The notes under the pieces are model-generated. The model ran no database searches. It worked only from the letters and a program-made list of their open reading frames with translations, and was not told the DNA's origin. Made by a program: the position numbers and the translations under genes. From Candidatus Hydrogenedentota bacterium (GTDB lineage: Bacteria > Hydrogenedentota > Hydrogenedentia > Hydrogenedentales > SLHB01): DNA of 64,000 bases. Below, one piece after another: positions 47,043 through 56,258 of the stretch (positions are counted from its first letter, which is position 1; each line of letters begins with the position of its first letter). Location of the stretch: NCBI GenBank assembly GCA_045863335.1, contig BTVY01000018.1:47101-111100 (forward strand). Reading direction: 5' to 3'.

Positions 47043-48512
47043 ATGCACGTACTTCTTTCCCTCATTGCGGCGATCTCCGCGGTGCAACAGGCGCCACTTC
47101 CTGCAACCGCACCCACGCCGCAGGCGTCGCCCATCTATACCCCGGGCATGAAGCTCTACGTCAACGCATCGGGATTGGCGTTTCGTAGGGGTCCGTCGCT
47201 GGAAACCGAGCGAATCCACTACATCACGCACGGTGACGAAGTCACGGTCCTCGAAGACAACCGGGTTCCCGTGACCTTCGAAGCCGAAGGGATCAAGGGG
47301 CACTGGCTCTTCGTGCAACACGGCGCATTCAAGGGCTATGTATTCGACGGATTCCTCTCGCCCGAGCCGCCGCCGCTGGATTCGCGCATCGACTGGACCT
47401 TTGTGCCGGGCGCCCGGGTTGGACCCATCACGGCGAAAACGGACTACGAGGCGCTGGTGACGATCTTTGGCGCGGAACATGTGGTGGACGCGCCCGTCGA
47501 ATTGGGCGAGGGAGAAACTGAACCCGGGACGGCGATCATCATCGGACAATCGGAGGCCTTTACGACCATCCAATGGACCGTGTATCGCGAACAGCCCAAG
47601 GCCGTTCATATCCGCGGCGCGAACAGTCCGTGGAAGTCGCTCGATGGAATTGGAATTGGAACTCCCCTGGCAACGCTGGAAAAACTGAACGGAAAACCCA
47701 TCGACTTTGCCGGGTTTGGTTGGGACTACGCGGGAACGGTCACGGGCTGGAATGGCGGCGCGCTGGAGCGATCCTATGCGGTGCGATCGCGGTTTAGCTG
47801 CGCGCTGGCCCCGACGGAGCCGTACCCGCGGGACGAGTTCGACGCGTTCCTGGGCGATTCCATATTCTCATCGGACTTGGCGGCGGTTGACCGGTTGAAC
47901 CTTCGCATCGTGCAAATGGTCGTCCACCTGGAGCCGGAACTCAAGACGACACGAACGCCCGCGAACGTTGCTACGCGCGCCTACTCCGCCGGCGCCACCT
48001 ACTACGTTCTGGCCTCGAAACTGAACATGCGCGTCAAACCCGAACTTGGGGCCGGCCTCGTAGCCAGCATTCCGTACGGCGCCCAGGTCACCATCGCGAA
48101 CGAAGAAGACCCCGGCACACCGCTCACATCGGAGGGCATGCCGGGGCAATGGGTCTCGGTCGAGTACTCCGGCCTGCGCGGATACGTCTTTGACGCCTAC
48201 CTGTCGCCCTTACCCGCGCCGAGCCAGGGCTGCAACGGCCTGACGGACTACATCCAATCCATTTCAGCCCTCGCGCAACAAGAAGCCGGGGCCGGCGGAA
48301 ACGAAGTTCTGACAGTGAAGGGCTTTTCGCTGCCCCAAGCGTTCGTACTGGCGAAGCGCGCGATCCCGGCTTTTGCAGGAGCCTCGTACGTGGTGGATGG
48401 CAGCGGCGGCGTCACCGTACAGAGCGGTGCGTCCACGCTTACCATCCACCAGGAGCCAAACGATACCGTTCGGATTTGCGTCGAACACGCACGCGGCGCA
48501 TTCGCACCGTAA
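47043..48512 (+). CDS. Exported protein with two SH3b domains
   Basis: YVNASGLAFRRGPS...GHWLFV..GYVFDGFL and YVLASKLNMRVKP...GQWVSVEY..RGYVFDAYL. Confidence 0.82.
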   Translation: MHVLLSLIAAISAVQQAPLPATAPTPQASPIYTPGMKLYVNASGLAFRRGPSLETERIHYITHGDEVTVLEDNRVPVTFEAEGIKGHWLFVQHGAFKGYVFDGFLSPEPPPLDSRIDWTFVPGARVGPITAKTDYEALVTIFGAEHVVDAPVELGEGETEPGTAIIIGQSEAFTTIQWTVYREQPKAVHIRGANSPWKSLDGIGIGTPLATLEKLNGKPIDFAGFGWDYAGTVTGWNGGALERSYAVRSRFSCALAPTEPYPRDEFDAFLGDSIFSSDLAAVDRLNLRIVQMVVHLEPELKTTRTPANVATRAYSAGATYYVLASKLNMRVKPELGAGLVASIPYGAQVTIANEEDPGTPLTSEGMPGQWVSVEYSGLRGYVFDAYLSPLPAPSQGCNGLTDYIQSISALAQQEAGAGGNEVLTVKGFSLPQAFVLAKRAIPAFAGASYVVDGSGGVTVQSGASTLTIHQEPNDTVRICVEHARGAFAP

Positions 48513-48518
48513 CCTGCC

Positions 48519-49142
48519 TTACACCGAGCCCACCTGCGCGTACGCGTCTACGGTCGCCTCGATCGTGTAATCCACGTCCTGCAAGGGGATGGAACGAGGC
48601 GTCATCTCGACCCTCAGTTTCGGGCACTCTTGCGACGGATTCTCATCGTTCTCGCGAATGAGGTCGAGGAAATCGACTGGTTCGGGCGGTACCAGCGAGA
48701 TTTCCGTGCCTAGCCCGTTTTGATTGGAGGCGGTACCCAGGACGACTGGATCCTGATCCTGCCCGTTCACGGGCGCCGGGATGTAGGACACCGTGATGGA
48801 GGACAGGAAATTGAAATTCCCCGAGGTGGCGGTGAGTTTCGTCTCAACGAGTTCCAGACCGCTCAAGCGGATAAAGTTGCTGATGTCGACGCCGCCCACC
48901 TGAAGGAATCGTTCTTCCAGATCGCTTTCCGACGGCAGGTTGCACAGATCCTCGTCGTACATGACGTTCGGTCCGCCCTTGGGCAGGAACAGGTCTGCGA
49001 ACAACGTTCCTTCACCCACATCTGCCGTAAAGCGGACGGGGCCGATTTCAACGAAGCCCCCAAAGCACCCGACAGTCGCGACGAGTGCCGCTGCGGTCAA
49101 CGAGTATGCAAGACGACTTCTTCTTCGAATGGAGCGAAACAT
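48519..49142 (-). CDS. Hypothetical lipoprotein
   Basis: Basic N-terminus, hydrophobic core, TVGC lipobox-like motif. Confidence 0.65.
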   Translation of the reverse strand: MFRSIRRRSRLAYSLTAAALVATVGCFGGFVEIGPVRFTADVGEGTLFADLFLPKGGPNVMYDEDLCNLPSESDLEERFLQVGGVDISNFIRLSGLELVETKLTATSGNFNFLSSITVSYIPAPVNGQDQDPVVLGTASNQNGLGTEISLVPPEPVDFLDLIRENDENPSQECPKLRVEMTPRSIPLQDVDYTIEATVDAYAQVGSV

Positions 49143-49456
49143 ATACGCGTTCCTTTCGTACTTTCCTAAACTCAACCGTTTCAAGCCAAAGTCCCCACTC
49201 GGCCCGCAACCTCTGCAAGGAAAACCGCAGAAATCTCCGGGAATATTCCAAGAATTCTTTATTCCCGGCCTCAAGCCTTACGTGACCCGGACCGCGGCGT
49301 TGTGGTATCCTCCGCCGCACTGTCTGGCTGACGGCTTGCGGCAAACCCACGGAAGAACGGGTTGTTACGGAGTGAATCAGGATTGGGGACACATCCCAAA
49401 GTCGCCAGTACCCCACGCCTCGCCCGGTACAACCCAGTCGAATCAGGAAGTAACGG

Positions 49457-50374
49457 ATGAGCATTATTGAAACTTTGAGCAACCCGACGATGGTTCATGC
49501 CGCGGCGGTACACCTCCCGATCGCGCTGGGCGTTATCGGGGTCCCCCTCGTGTATCTCAGTTGCATTGTCGGACGCGAAAACGAGGCGCTCCGTTGGGTC
49601 ACCGCCGGTTGTTACGGGGCCTTGGCAATTACGGCGCTGATCGCCATGCAGTCTGGCGAAGGAGCGATGGGCAAGGTACCGGCCCAACTACCGAAGGAGA
49701 TCTGGGAACAGATCGAGTATCACGAGAAATTGGCGCGGGTGATCTGGATGCTCGGCGCGGCAACCGCGGTCTTGGTCGCGCTCACGGCCATCCGGATCCG
49801 GTCCTTGCAAGTTACCATGTCCACACTTGCCATACTGCTGAGCCTCGGAACGGCGGTATGGGTCGCCATTGCCGGCCACCATGGCGGCATGTTGGTGTAC
49901 CAACACGGCATTGGCACTCCGGGCGTGCAACTGCTTCTGGCAGAATCCGCGCCCCAAGCGAATGTCTCCATTGACGATCCACCGTCCACCGTGGATCCGG
50001 AGTCGTTCGCGGCCACACCCGTGGAAGACGGACTCGAACCGAAGATACTCCCCTTCACGATAGAAGAGGCGAATCAGGTCAGTTACGCCAACGACATCGC
50101 GCCGTTATTAGAAGAAGTCTGCACCGATTGCCACCGGCCGCGCCGGACCGAAAGCGAACTGGATATGACCACGGTCGAAGGGATGCTCCTCGGAGGCGAG
50201 AAGCTGGGGCCCTCTATCATTCCGGGTAACCCGGACGCGAGCACCTTGATCCAATATGTGCGCGGCGTGTTGCAGCCGCAGATGCCCAAAGATGAATACC
50301 CGCTGATGGACGACGAACTGCGACTGTTGCGCATGTGGATCGCGGCGGGCGCCGTTGACGACAGCGGCGCCTAG
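49457..50374 (+). CDS. DUF2231-like 4-TM domain fused to a planctomycete-type cytochrome c
   Basis: H...VHLPI, EYH, HHGG.LVY..G in the TM part; VSY..DIAPLL..CTDCH...PG.P..S.L...QMP...WI..GA. Confidence 0.85.
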   Translation: MSIIETLSNPTMVHAAAVHLPIALGVIGVPLVYLSCIVGRENEALRWVTAGCYGALAITALIAMQSGEGAMGKVPAQLPKEIWEQIEYHEKLARVIWMLGAATAVLVALTAIRIRSLQVTMSTLAILLSLGTAVWVAIAGHHGGMLVYQHGIGTPGVQLLLAESAPQANVSIDDPPSTVDPESFAATPVEDGLEPKILPFTIEEANQVSYANDIAPLLEEVCTDCHRPRRTESELDMTTVEGMLLGGEKLGPSIIPGNPDASTLIQYVRGVLQPQMPKDEYPLMDDELRLLRMWIAAGAVDDSGA

Positions 50375-50417
50375 ACCCTGTCGGCGCCCATGAAAGGCTC
50401 GATCGAACCCCGGATTC

Positions 50418-50897
50418 ATGCAACCAGTCGCATTTGAACATATCGACAAGCCGCTTCTCTTCGTTCATCTCATCGCGGGCATTACTTGTGTCGCCGCATC
50501 GGTGCATCTGCTCTTACGGGCCATGCGCGCGTACCAGCACCCCGGACGCTACACGGGACAAACGCGTCTCCACGCTGTCATCCTCGCGGGCGCCTATTTG
50601 TCGTCCGTCGTCTTGGGCGGACTTATTTATCCGACGTTCCGGATACACGTTCGATATCTTCTCTTCGACCCGGCGATCCCCTGGGCCACCGGCCTGTTCG
50701 AGATCAAGGAACTTCTGGCGACGGTCGGGGTAATACCCATCCTCGGGATCGTGGCATTCTCGCGCCACCTGGATGCGCGCGTCCCAGAGCATCGCCCCTT
50801 TTTTCCGATGTACCTGGGGTTGATCGGTTTTACCCTTCTCGTCGTCCTCTTCAATGCGTGCTGCGGCTGGTACCTCGGCACGATACGGTCTTTATGA
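50418..50897 (+). CDS. Hypothetical integral membrane protein (4 TM)
   Basis: Four hydrophobic segments, His residues in TM1, GGLIYP.FR and LFEIKE motifs. Confidence 0.75.
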   Translation: MQPVAFEHIDKPLLFVHLIAGITCVAASVHLLLRAMRAYQHPGRYTGQTRLHAVILAGAYLSSVVLGGLIYPTFRIHVRYLLFDPAIPWATGLFEIKELLATVGVIPILGIVAFSRHLDARVPEHRPFFPMYLGLIGFTLLVVLFNACCGWYLGTIRSL

Positions 50898-50898
50898 A

Positions 50899-51333
50899 AT
50901 GCGGACCCTGGACCGCATACTTGTCGTCTTGCTTCTGTCCATGGTTGGTTTCGCCGTGGTCTTCGTGGCGCACCCGCCTGCGCCCAAGTACTTCCCGTTG
51001 GAACGGGCATGGCATGTGGTCCAGCCCGGAGAGGGTCCCGGTATGGGGTGGTACGGACGGTCCGGGGCCGCTCTCGTAGCAGGGGCGATTCTCGCGGGAA
51101 TCGCATGGGCTGTAACGGGACGCAAGTCCTTTCTGGACAGGCGGGGATTCTCAACGAGAACCGTCTCGGCAATTACCGTAATCGTCATGGCGACAATGCT
51201 TTTGCTGACCGTCGTCGTGGTCCATGAACAGAAGTCGTGGTTCGCGATTCCGGCACGCCCCCTCGATTCGCTCAAGCCCGATCGCGTTGAGCCCGAAAAA
51301 ACGCCACTGGACGTGGGTCCGAACGGCGCGTAG
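50899..51333 (+). CDS. Hypothetical membrane protein (3 TM)
   Basis: Starts immediately after the previous stop; YFPLERAW and GPGMGWYGR between TM segments. Confidence 0.7.
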   Translation: MRTLDRILVVLLLSMVGFAVVFVAHPPAPKYFPLERAWHVVQPGEGPGMGWYGRSGAALVAGAILAGIAWAVTGRKSFLDRRGFSTRTVSAITVIVMATMLLLTVVVVHEQKSWFAIPARPLDSLKPDRVEPEKTPLDVGPNGA

Positions 51334-51917
51334 GCACTGGCTCGACGCGGCGATTCGCACCAGGGAATATTCGCCCAATCCTCACCCGTTAGGCACTATG
51401 GGGGTCTGACCCCATCGCCGAAGGGAACCGAACTTAAATGCACCCTCACGGCAAAAGATGACTAAATGAATGAAACTTGACTATTTTGACCAAATGCGTT
51501 AGTCTAAAAAGGTTTAGTCGCGCTGGCTGTTTTGACAAATGTCACCATGAAAGCGGGCCGCATCGGGGTGTGGCTCGAGGTACGTAACTCGTTGGGGTGA
51601 AAATTGTTGCCCGGGTCGAGGCACAGCCAGTGTCGATCAAGAACGTCGAGTCGTGGTGCGGTCTTCCACGACCGATGACGAGCGGAGTGAAAAGCCCAAG
51701 CAAGGCAGAAGTGCATTCAAGCGTTGCACAATCGCGGAGTACGAGCACATCGTACGTTGAGAAACGTCACGAGGCCCAGCGTGGCCGCGTGTCCCCTCAC
51801 GAATGCGTCCCCACCGCGTTCTCGCCGCCCCTACGGGTTGTCCTCTTCCCGCCACCGGGTTCCTCGACCTATGTATGAGCAAATTGATTCTCGACCCCAA
51901 CCCGGAGCGCAAGCGCT

Positions 51918-53771
51918 ATGAGTCAAGCAGTAGCCGAGGCGGAAACCAATTCTGACCGCTCGGCGTCGTCCCCCAGTATCAACGATCTTGTGATCAAGAT
52001 CGCGACCCCCAACGGTTCAGGGAGTCAGTCGGCCAACCTCATCTTGATGCGGTCTATCTTCACGTTGGGCGTACCCGTCGGCGCGAAGAACCTGTTTCCG
52101 TCCAATATCCAAGGTTTGCCGACCTGGTTTATCGTGCGTGTCAACGAGAACGGATGGCTCGCGCATCGGAACCATACCGACCTGATGGTGGCCATGAACC
52201 CCCAGACCGCCGCCGAGGACATCGCGGAACTCGATCCGGGCGCGATGCTCGTTATCGACGAGACCTTCAAGTCCCTCGTCAAACGGGACGATTTGCACTG
52301 TTTCTTCATTCCCTTCAATACGCTGGTCAAGGAGGCCTGCCCCGAGACGCGCCTGCGGAAGATGGTCGTCAACGTGATGTACGTGGGTGTGCTGGCCTCG
52401 GTGTTGGGCATACCCTTCGAGGAGATCGGCAATGCCATCGACTGGCAGTTCGCAAAGAAGATCAAGGCCGCCGAACTGAACAAGACCGCGGCGCTCGCCG
52501 CCTATACATGGGCGGAAGAGCATCTACCGAAACAGAATCTCCACCGGCTGGAGCGGCGAAACCTTACGAAGGACAAGATCGTCATCGAAGGCAACGAAGC
52601 CGCGGCGCTGGGCATGCTGTTCGGAGGAGTGACCTTCCTCGCCTGGTATCCCATCACGCCGAGCAGCAGCTTGTGCGAACACCTGATTAAGTACCTCGGC
52701 AAACACCGCCGCGACCCGGAAACGGGGCAGGCGACTTACGCCGTGATTCAGGCGGAGGACGAGCTGGCTTCCATGGGAATGGTCATCGGCGCAGGTTGGG
52801 CGGGCGCTCGCGCGTTCACGGCGACCTCTGGGCCGGGGATCTCGCTCATGGCCGAAATGGCGGGCCTTGCGTATTTCGCGGAAATACCGTCGGTCATCGT
52901 GGACATCCAACGCATGGGGCCGAGCACGGGACTGCCAACGCGCACGTCGCAGGGCGACGTGGCGAAGGCCTACTATCTGTCCCACGGGGACTGCAAGCAT
53001 GTTCTGTTGCTGCCCGGGAACATGCAGGAATGTTTTGAGTTTTCCGAAGAAGCGCTTCACCTGGCCGAGCAATTGCAGACGCTCGTGTTCGTCATGTCCG
53101 ACCTGGATTTGGGCATGAACAAATGGATGTCCGACACCTTTACGCCACCGACAAAGCCCATTTCACGCGGGAAGGTTTTGAATGCCGAAGATCTGAGCCG
53201 GAATGGCGAATTCGCCCGATACCGTGATGTGGATGGCGACGGCATTCCGTATCGTACGCTGCCCGGTACGCTACACCCGAACGCAGCCTACTTCACCCGC
53301 GGCACAGGTCATACGGAGAAAGCCACCTATTCGGAGAAGCCGGAGGACTGGCAGCGCAACATCGACCGGCTCCACCACAAATTCGATACCGCGCGGGAAG
53401 TCGTCCCGCAACCAACGGTGAGCGAAACCGAGGGATCAGTGGCCGGTATCATTGCCTATGGGTCCAGCGACCCCGCAGTCGCCGAGGCCAGGCACATCCT
53501 CGAGACGAAACACGACGTCAAGACCTCGTACCTCCGCCTGCGTGCGCTGCCGGTGAACGGCGCAGTGAAGGCGTTTTGCGAACGCCATCCACTGGTCTGC
53601 GTCGTGGAGCAAAATCGCGACGGACAGGTTACGTCCATCCTACGCGGCGAATATCCGGAATTCGGCGCAAAGTTAAAACCGGCGTTGCATTACAACGGCA
53701 TGCCCATTGACGCGGACTCGGTGGTCGAAATGGTGCTCCAACGGATTGCAGAGCAGAAAGGATCGAAATGA
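51918..53771 (+). CDS. korA: 2-oxoacid:ferredoxin oxidoreductase alpha subunit (gamma-alpha fusion)
   Basis: WYPITPSS, QAEDELAS, TATSGPG, QRMGPSTGLPT, VVEQN. Confidence 0.93.
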   Translation: MSQAVAEAETNSDRSASSPSINDLVIKIATPNGSGSQSANLILMRSIFTLGVPVGAKNLFPSNIQGLPTWFIVRVNENGWLAHRNHTDLMVAMNPQTAAEDIAELDPGAMLVIDETFKSLVKRDDLHCFFIPFNTLVKEACPETRLRKMVVNVMYVGVLASVLGIPFEEIGNAIDWQFAKKIKAAELNKTAALAAYTWAEEHLPKQNLHRLERRNLTKDKIVIEGNEAAALGMLFGGVTFLAWYPITPSSSLCEHLIKYLGKHRRDPETGQATYAVIQAEDELASMGMVIGAGWAGARAFTATSGPGISLMAEMAGLAYFAEIPSVIVDIQRMGPSTGLPTRTSQGDVAKAYYLSHGDCKHVLLLPGNMQECFEFSEEALHLAEQLQTLVFVMSDLDLGMNKWMSDTFTPPTKPISRGKVLNAEDLSRNGEFARYRDVDGDGIPYRTLPGTLHPNAAYFTRGTGHTEKATYSEKPEDWQRNIDRLHHKFDTAREVVPQPTVSETEGSVAGIIAYGSSDPAVAEARHILETKHDVKTSYLRLRALPVNGAVKAFCERHPLVCVVEQNRDGQVTSILRGEYPEFGAKLKPALHYNGMPIDADSVVEMVLQRIAEQKGSK

Positions 53772-54838
53772 GTACCACGGTTGCGGACGTATCGAAAGAA
53801 ACCAAGACGCCGGCAGCGAGTTCGAAGACCAATCGAATTGGCCTGACGATGCAGGACTACCGTGGCGCCGAATCTACGTTGTGCGCCGGTTGCGGACATG
53901 ACGCCATTACCAATTCGATCATCAAGGCGTTTTTTGAACTGGGCGTCGATCCCCATATGGTGGCGAAGCTCAGCGGGATCGGCTGTTCTAGCAAGACGAC
54001 GAACTATTTCCTGAATCAGTCGCACGGATTCAATTCGTTGCATGGCCGCATGGCGACCATCGCGACCGGATCGAGCCTGGCCAACCGCAAACTCATCAAC
54101 ATCGGTGTCAGCGGCGACGGCGATACGGCCTCAATTGGCCTCGGCAATTTTTCGCATATGGTCCGCCGTAACGCGCATATCGTCTATATCGTTGAGAATA
54201 ACGGCTGCTACGGTCTGACCAAGGGGCAGGCATCGGCAACGGCGGACCGCGGCACGCGCATGAAGAGCGGCCAAACCATCGAATCGGCGCCCGTGGACTT
54301 GTGCTCTCAGGCAATCCAGATGGGTTGCGGGTTCGTGGCGCGCTCCTTCTCGGGCGACACGCAGCAAGTTCGCACGCTCCTGAAAGCCGCCATCGCCCAC
54401 CGCGGCACAGCGGTGCTCGATATCGTCTCGCCCTGCGTGACATTCAACAATCACGAGGGTTCCACGAAGAGTGTTGCCTACGCGCGCAGCCACGAAGAGC
54501 CGCTGCACGAAATGGACTTCATCCCCCACTACGAAGACATTCAGGTCGAGTACGAAGAAGGCACCACCAAAGTCGTCACCATGCATGACGGTTCCCGGAT
54601 CACCCTGAAGAAACTGGACCGCGATCACGATTCGCACAATCGTCACCAAGCCCTGTTGCTGCTCGACGAAGCCAAGGAACACAACCTGTTTTACACGGGC
54701 CTCGTGTATTACAGCCGCGAGCGCGACGCCCTGGACGACCACTTGAACCTGGTCGATGAGCCCTTGGCGACGCTTCCGGAATCGAAGACCCGGCCTTCGC
54801 TCGATGTGTTCAACTCAATCATGGATTCCTTCAAGTAA
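53768..54838 (+). CDS. korB: 2-oxoacid:ferredoxin oxidoreductase beta subunit
   Basis: CAGCGH, SGIGCS, HGR, TPP motif GDGD...NN, YGLTKGQ.S, SPCVTFN. Confidence 0.93.
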   Translation: MSTTVADVSKETKTPAASSKTNRIGLTMQDYRGAESTLCAGCGHDAITNSIIKAFFELGVDPHMVAKLSGIGCSSKTTNYFLNQSHGFNSLHGRMATIATGSSLANRKLINIGVSGDGDTASIGLGNFSHMVRRNAHIVYIVENNGCYGLTKGQASATADRGTRMKSGQTIESAPVDLCSQAIQMGCGFVARSFSGDTQQVRTLLKAAIAHRGTAVLDIVSPCVTFNNHEGSTKSVAYARSHEEPLHEMDFIPHYEDIQVEYEEGTTKVVTMHDGSRITLKKLDRDHDSHNRHQALLLLDEAKEHNLFYTGLVYYSRERDALDDHLNLVDEPLATLPESKTRPSLDVFNSIMDSFK

Positions 54839-54855
54839 TTTTTGCCTGTACGTTC

Positions 54856-54888
54856 GGCGGCCGGACCCCGCGTTCGGCCGCCATTTCT
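54856..54888 (+). terminator. Probable terminator after korB
   Basis: Stem GGCGGCCGGAC/GTTCGGCCGCC followed by ATTTCT. Confidence 0.6.
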
Positions 54889-55307
54889 ATTGCGTGACGA
54901 TTCGGGCCAGCGTCTGGAAAGCAGGACGGGGCTGATGAACCCGATACGAAACGAAGCCGGTAGCAACGGCGTTCCAGATCTGAGCCTCGATATCGATTTC
55001 AAATCTGAGATCTCACATTCAGAAAATCCCGTACGAAGGCGTGGGTGTAGGCAGAAGGCGAACGCCCGTTCGTTGAGAAGACGCTGCCGTGTTGGAACCA
55101 CTGCCAATCAACGGAATTGTCGGCCACAAAAGATCGCAAAAGAACTCGTTTTCTATCTTTTGCGTTCTTTCGCGGTCAATTGGGCGGAACGCAGCCCCTT
55201 TTCTTGCCCTGTCCCGATTCTGCCCGGTATAATCCGGCCCATTCGTCATTTTGAAGTTCATGTGCGCGGAGGCGCCCCGCCGGGCGGCTCTACAACCGGA
55301 GTACCCC

Positions 55308-56255
55308 ATGGAAAATGTCATCATTATCGGTTCGGGCCCTGCCGGCTATACGGCGGCGCTGTATGCCTCGCGGGCCAATCTGGAACCGTTGCTGTTTGAA
55401 GGCGAACTGAGTAAGGACGTGTTACCGGGCGGCCAGCTCATGACCACGACAGAAGTGGAGAACTACCCCGGCTTTCCGGATGGGGTGACCGGTCCGGAGA
55501 TGATGGACCTATTCAAGAAACAGGCCCTCCGCTTCGGCACGAAGATCCTTTCGAAAACCATCACGGAAGTGGATCTCTCAAAGCGCCCGTTTACGGTCAA
55601 ATCCAAAGACGAGTCCTGGCAGGCCAAGGCGATCATCATTGCAACCGGCGCGACGGCGAAGTACCTCGGATTGGAAACCGAGGAGAAATTCATGAACCGC
55701 GGCGTGTCGGCTTGCGCGACCTGCGACGGCGCGCTGCCGCGGTTCCGGAACAAGCCTGTGGTGGTCGTGGGCGGCGGCGACACGGCCATGGAAGAAGCCA
55801 CGTTCCTCAGCGGCTTCGCCAGCAAGGTCCACGTCGTGCACCGGCGCGACAAGTTCCGCGCGAGCAGTATCATGGGCGACCGTGTGCTGGGGAATGAAAA
55901 GATCCAGGTGGAATGGAATTCCGTCGTGGACGAGATTCTCGGCAACGACAAGGACGGCGTGACGGGCGTCCGCATCAAGGATGTGAACTCGGACGAGACG
56001 CGCGAGATCGCGTGCGCGGGCTATTTCTCCGCCATCGGCCACAAGCCCAACACGGACCTTTTCAAGGGTGTGCTGGATATGGATGAGACGGGCTACCTCG
56101 TCACAAAACCAAACTCTACGTACACCAACATCGAAGGTGTGTTTGCCGCAGGCGACGTGAAAGACAAGGTCTACCGGCAAGCGGTTACCGCTGCGGGTAG
56201 CGGGTGCGCCGCAGCAATCGACGCGGCGCGATGGCTGGAATCGCAGGAAGGCTGA
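55308..56255 (+). CDS. trxB: Thioredoxin reductase
   Basis: [39 protein letters not shown]. Confidence 0.96.
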   Translation: MENVIIIGSGPAGYTAALYASRANLEPLLFEGELSKDVLPGGQLMTTTEVENYPGFPDGVTGPEMMDLFKKQALRFGTKILSKTITEVDLSKRPFTVKSKDESWQAKAIIIATGATAKYLGLETEEKFMNRGVSACATCDGALPRFRNKPVVVVGGGDTAMEEATFLSGFASKVHVVHRRDKFRASSIMGDRVLGNEKIQVEWNSVVDEILGNDKDGVTGVRIKDVNSDETREIACAGYFSAIGHKPNTDLFKGVLDMDETGYLVTKPNSTYTNIEGVFAAGDVKDKVYRQAVTAAGSGCAAAIDAARWLESQEG

Positions 56256-56258
56256 CCC

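Noticed and set aside
54842-55399. 185-aa ORF between korB and trxB
   Set aside because: TTG start, no motif, runs through the terminator and overlaps trxB; probably non-coding.
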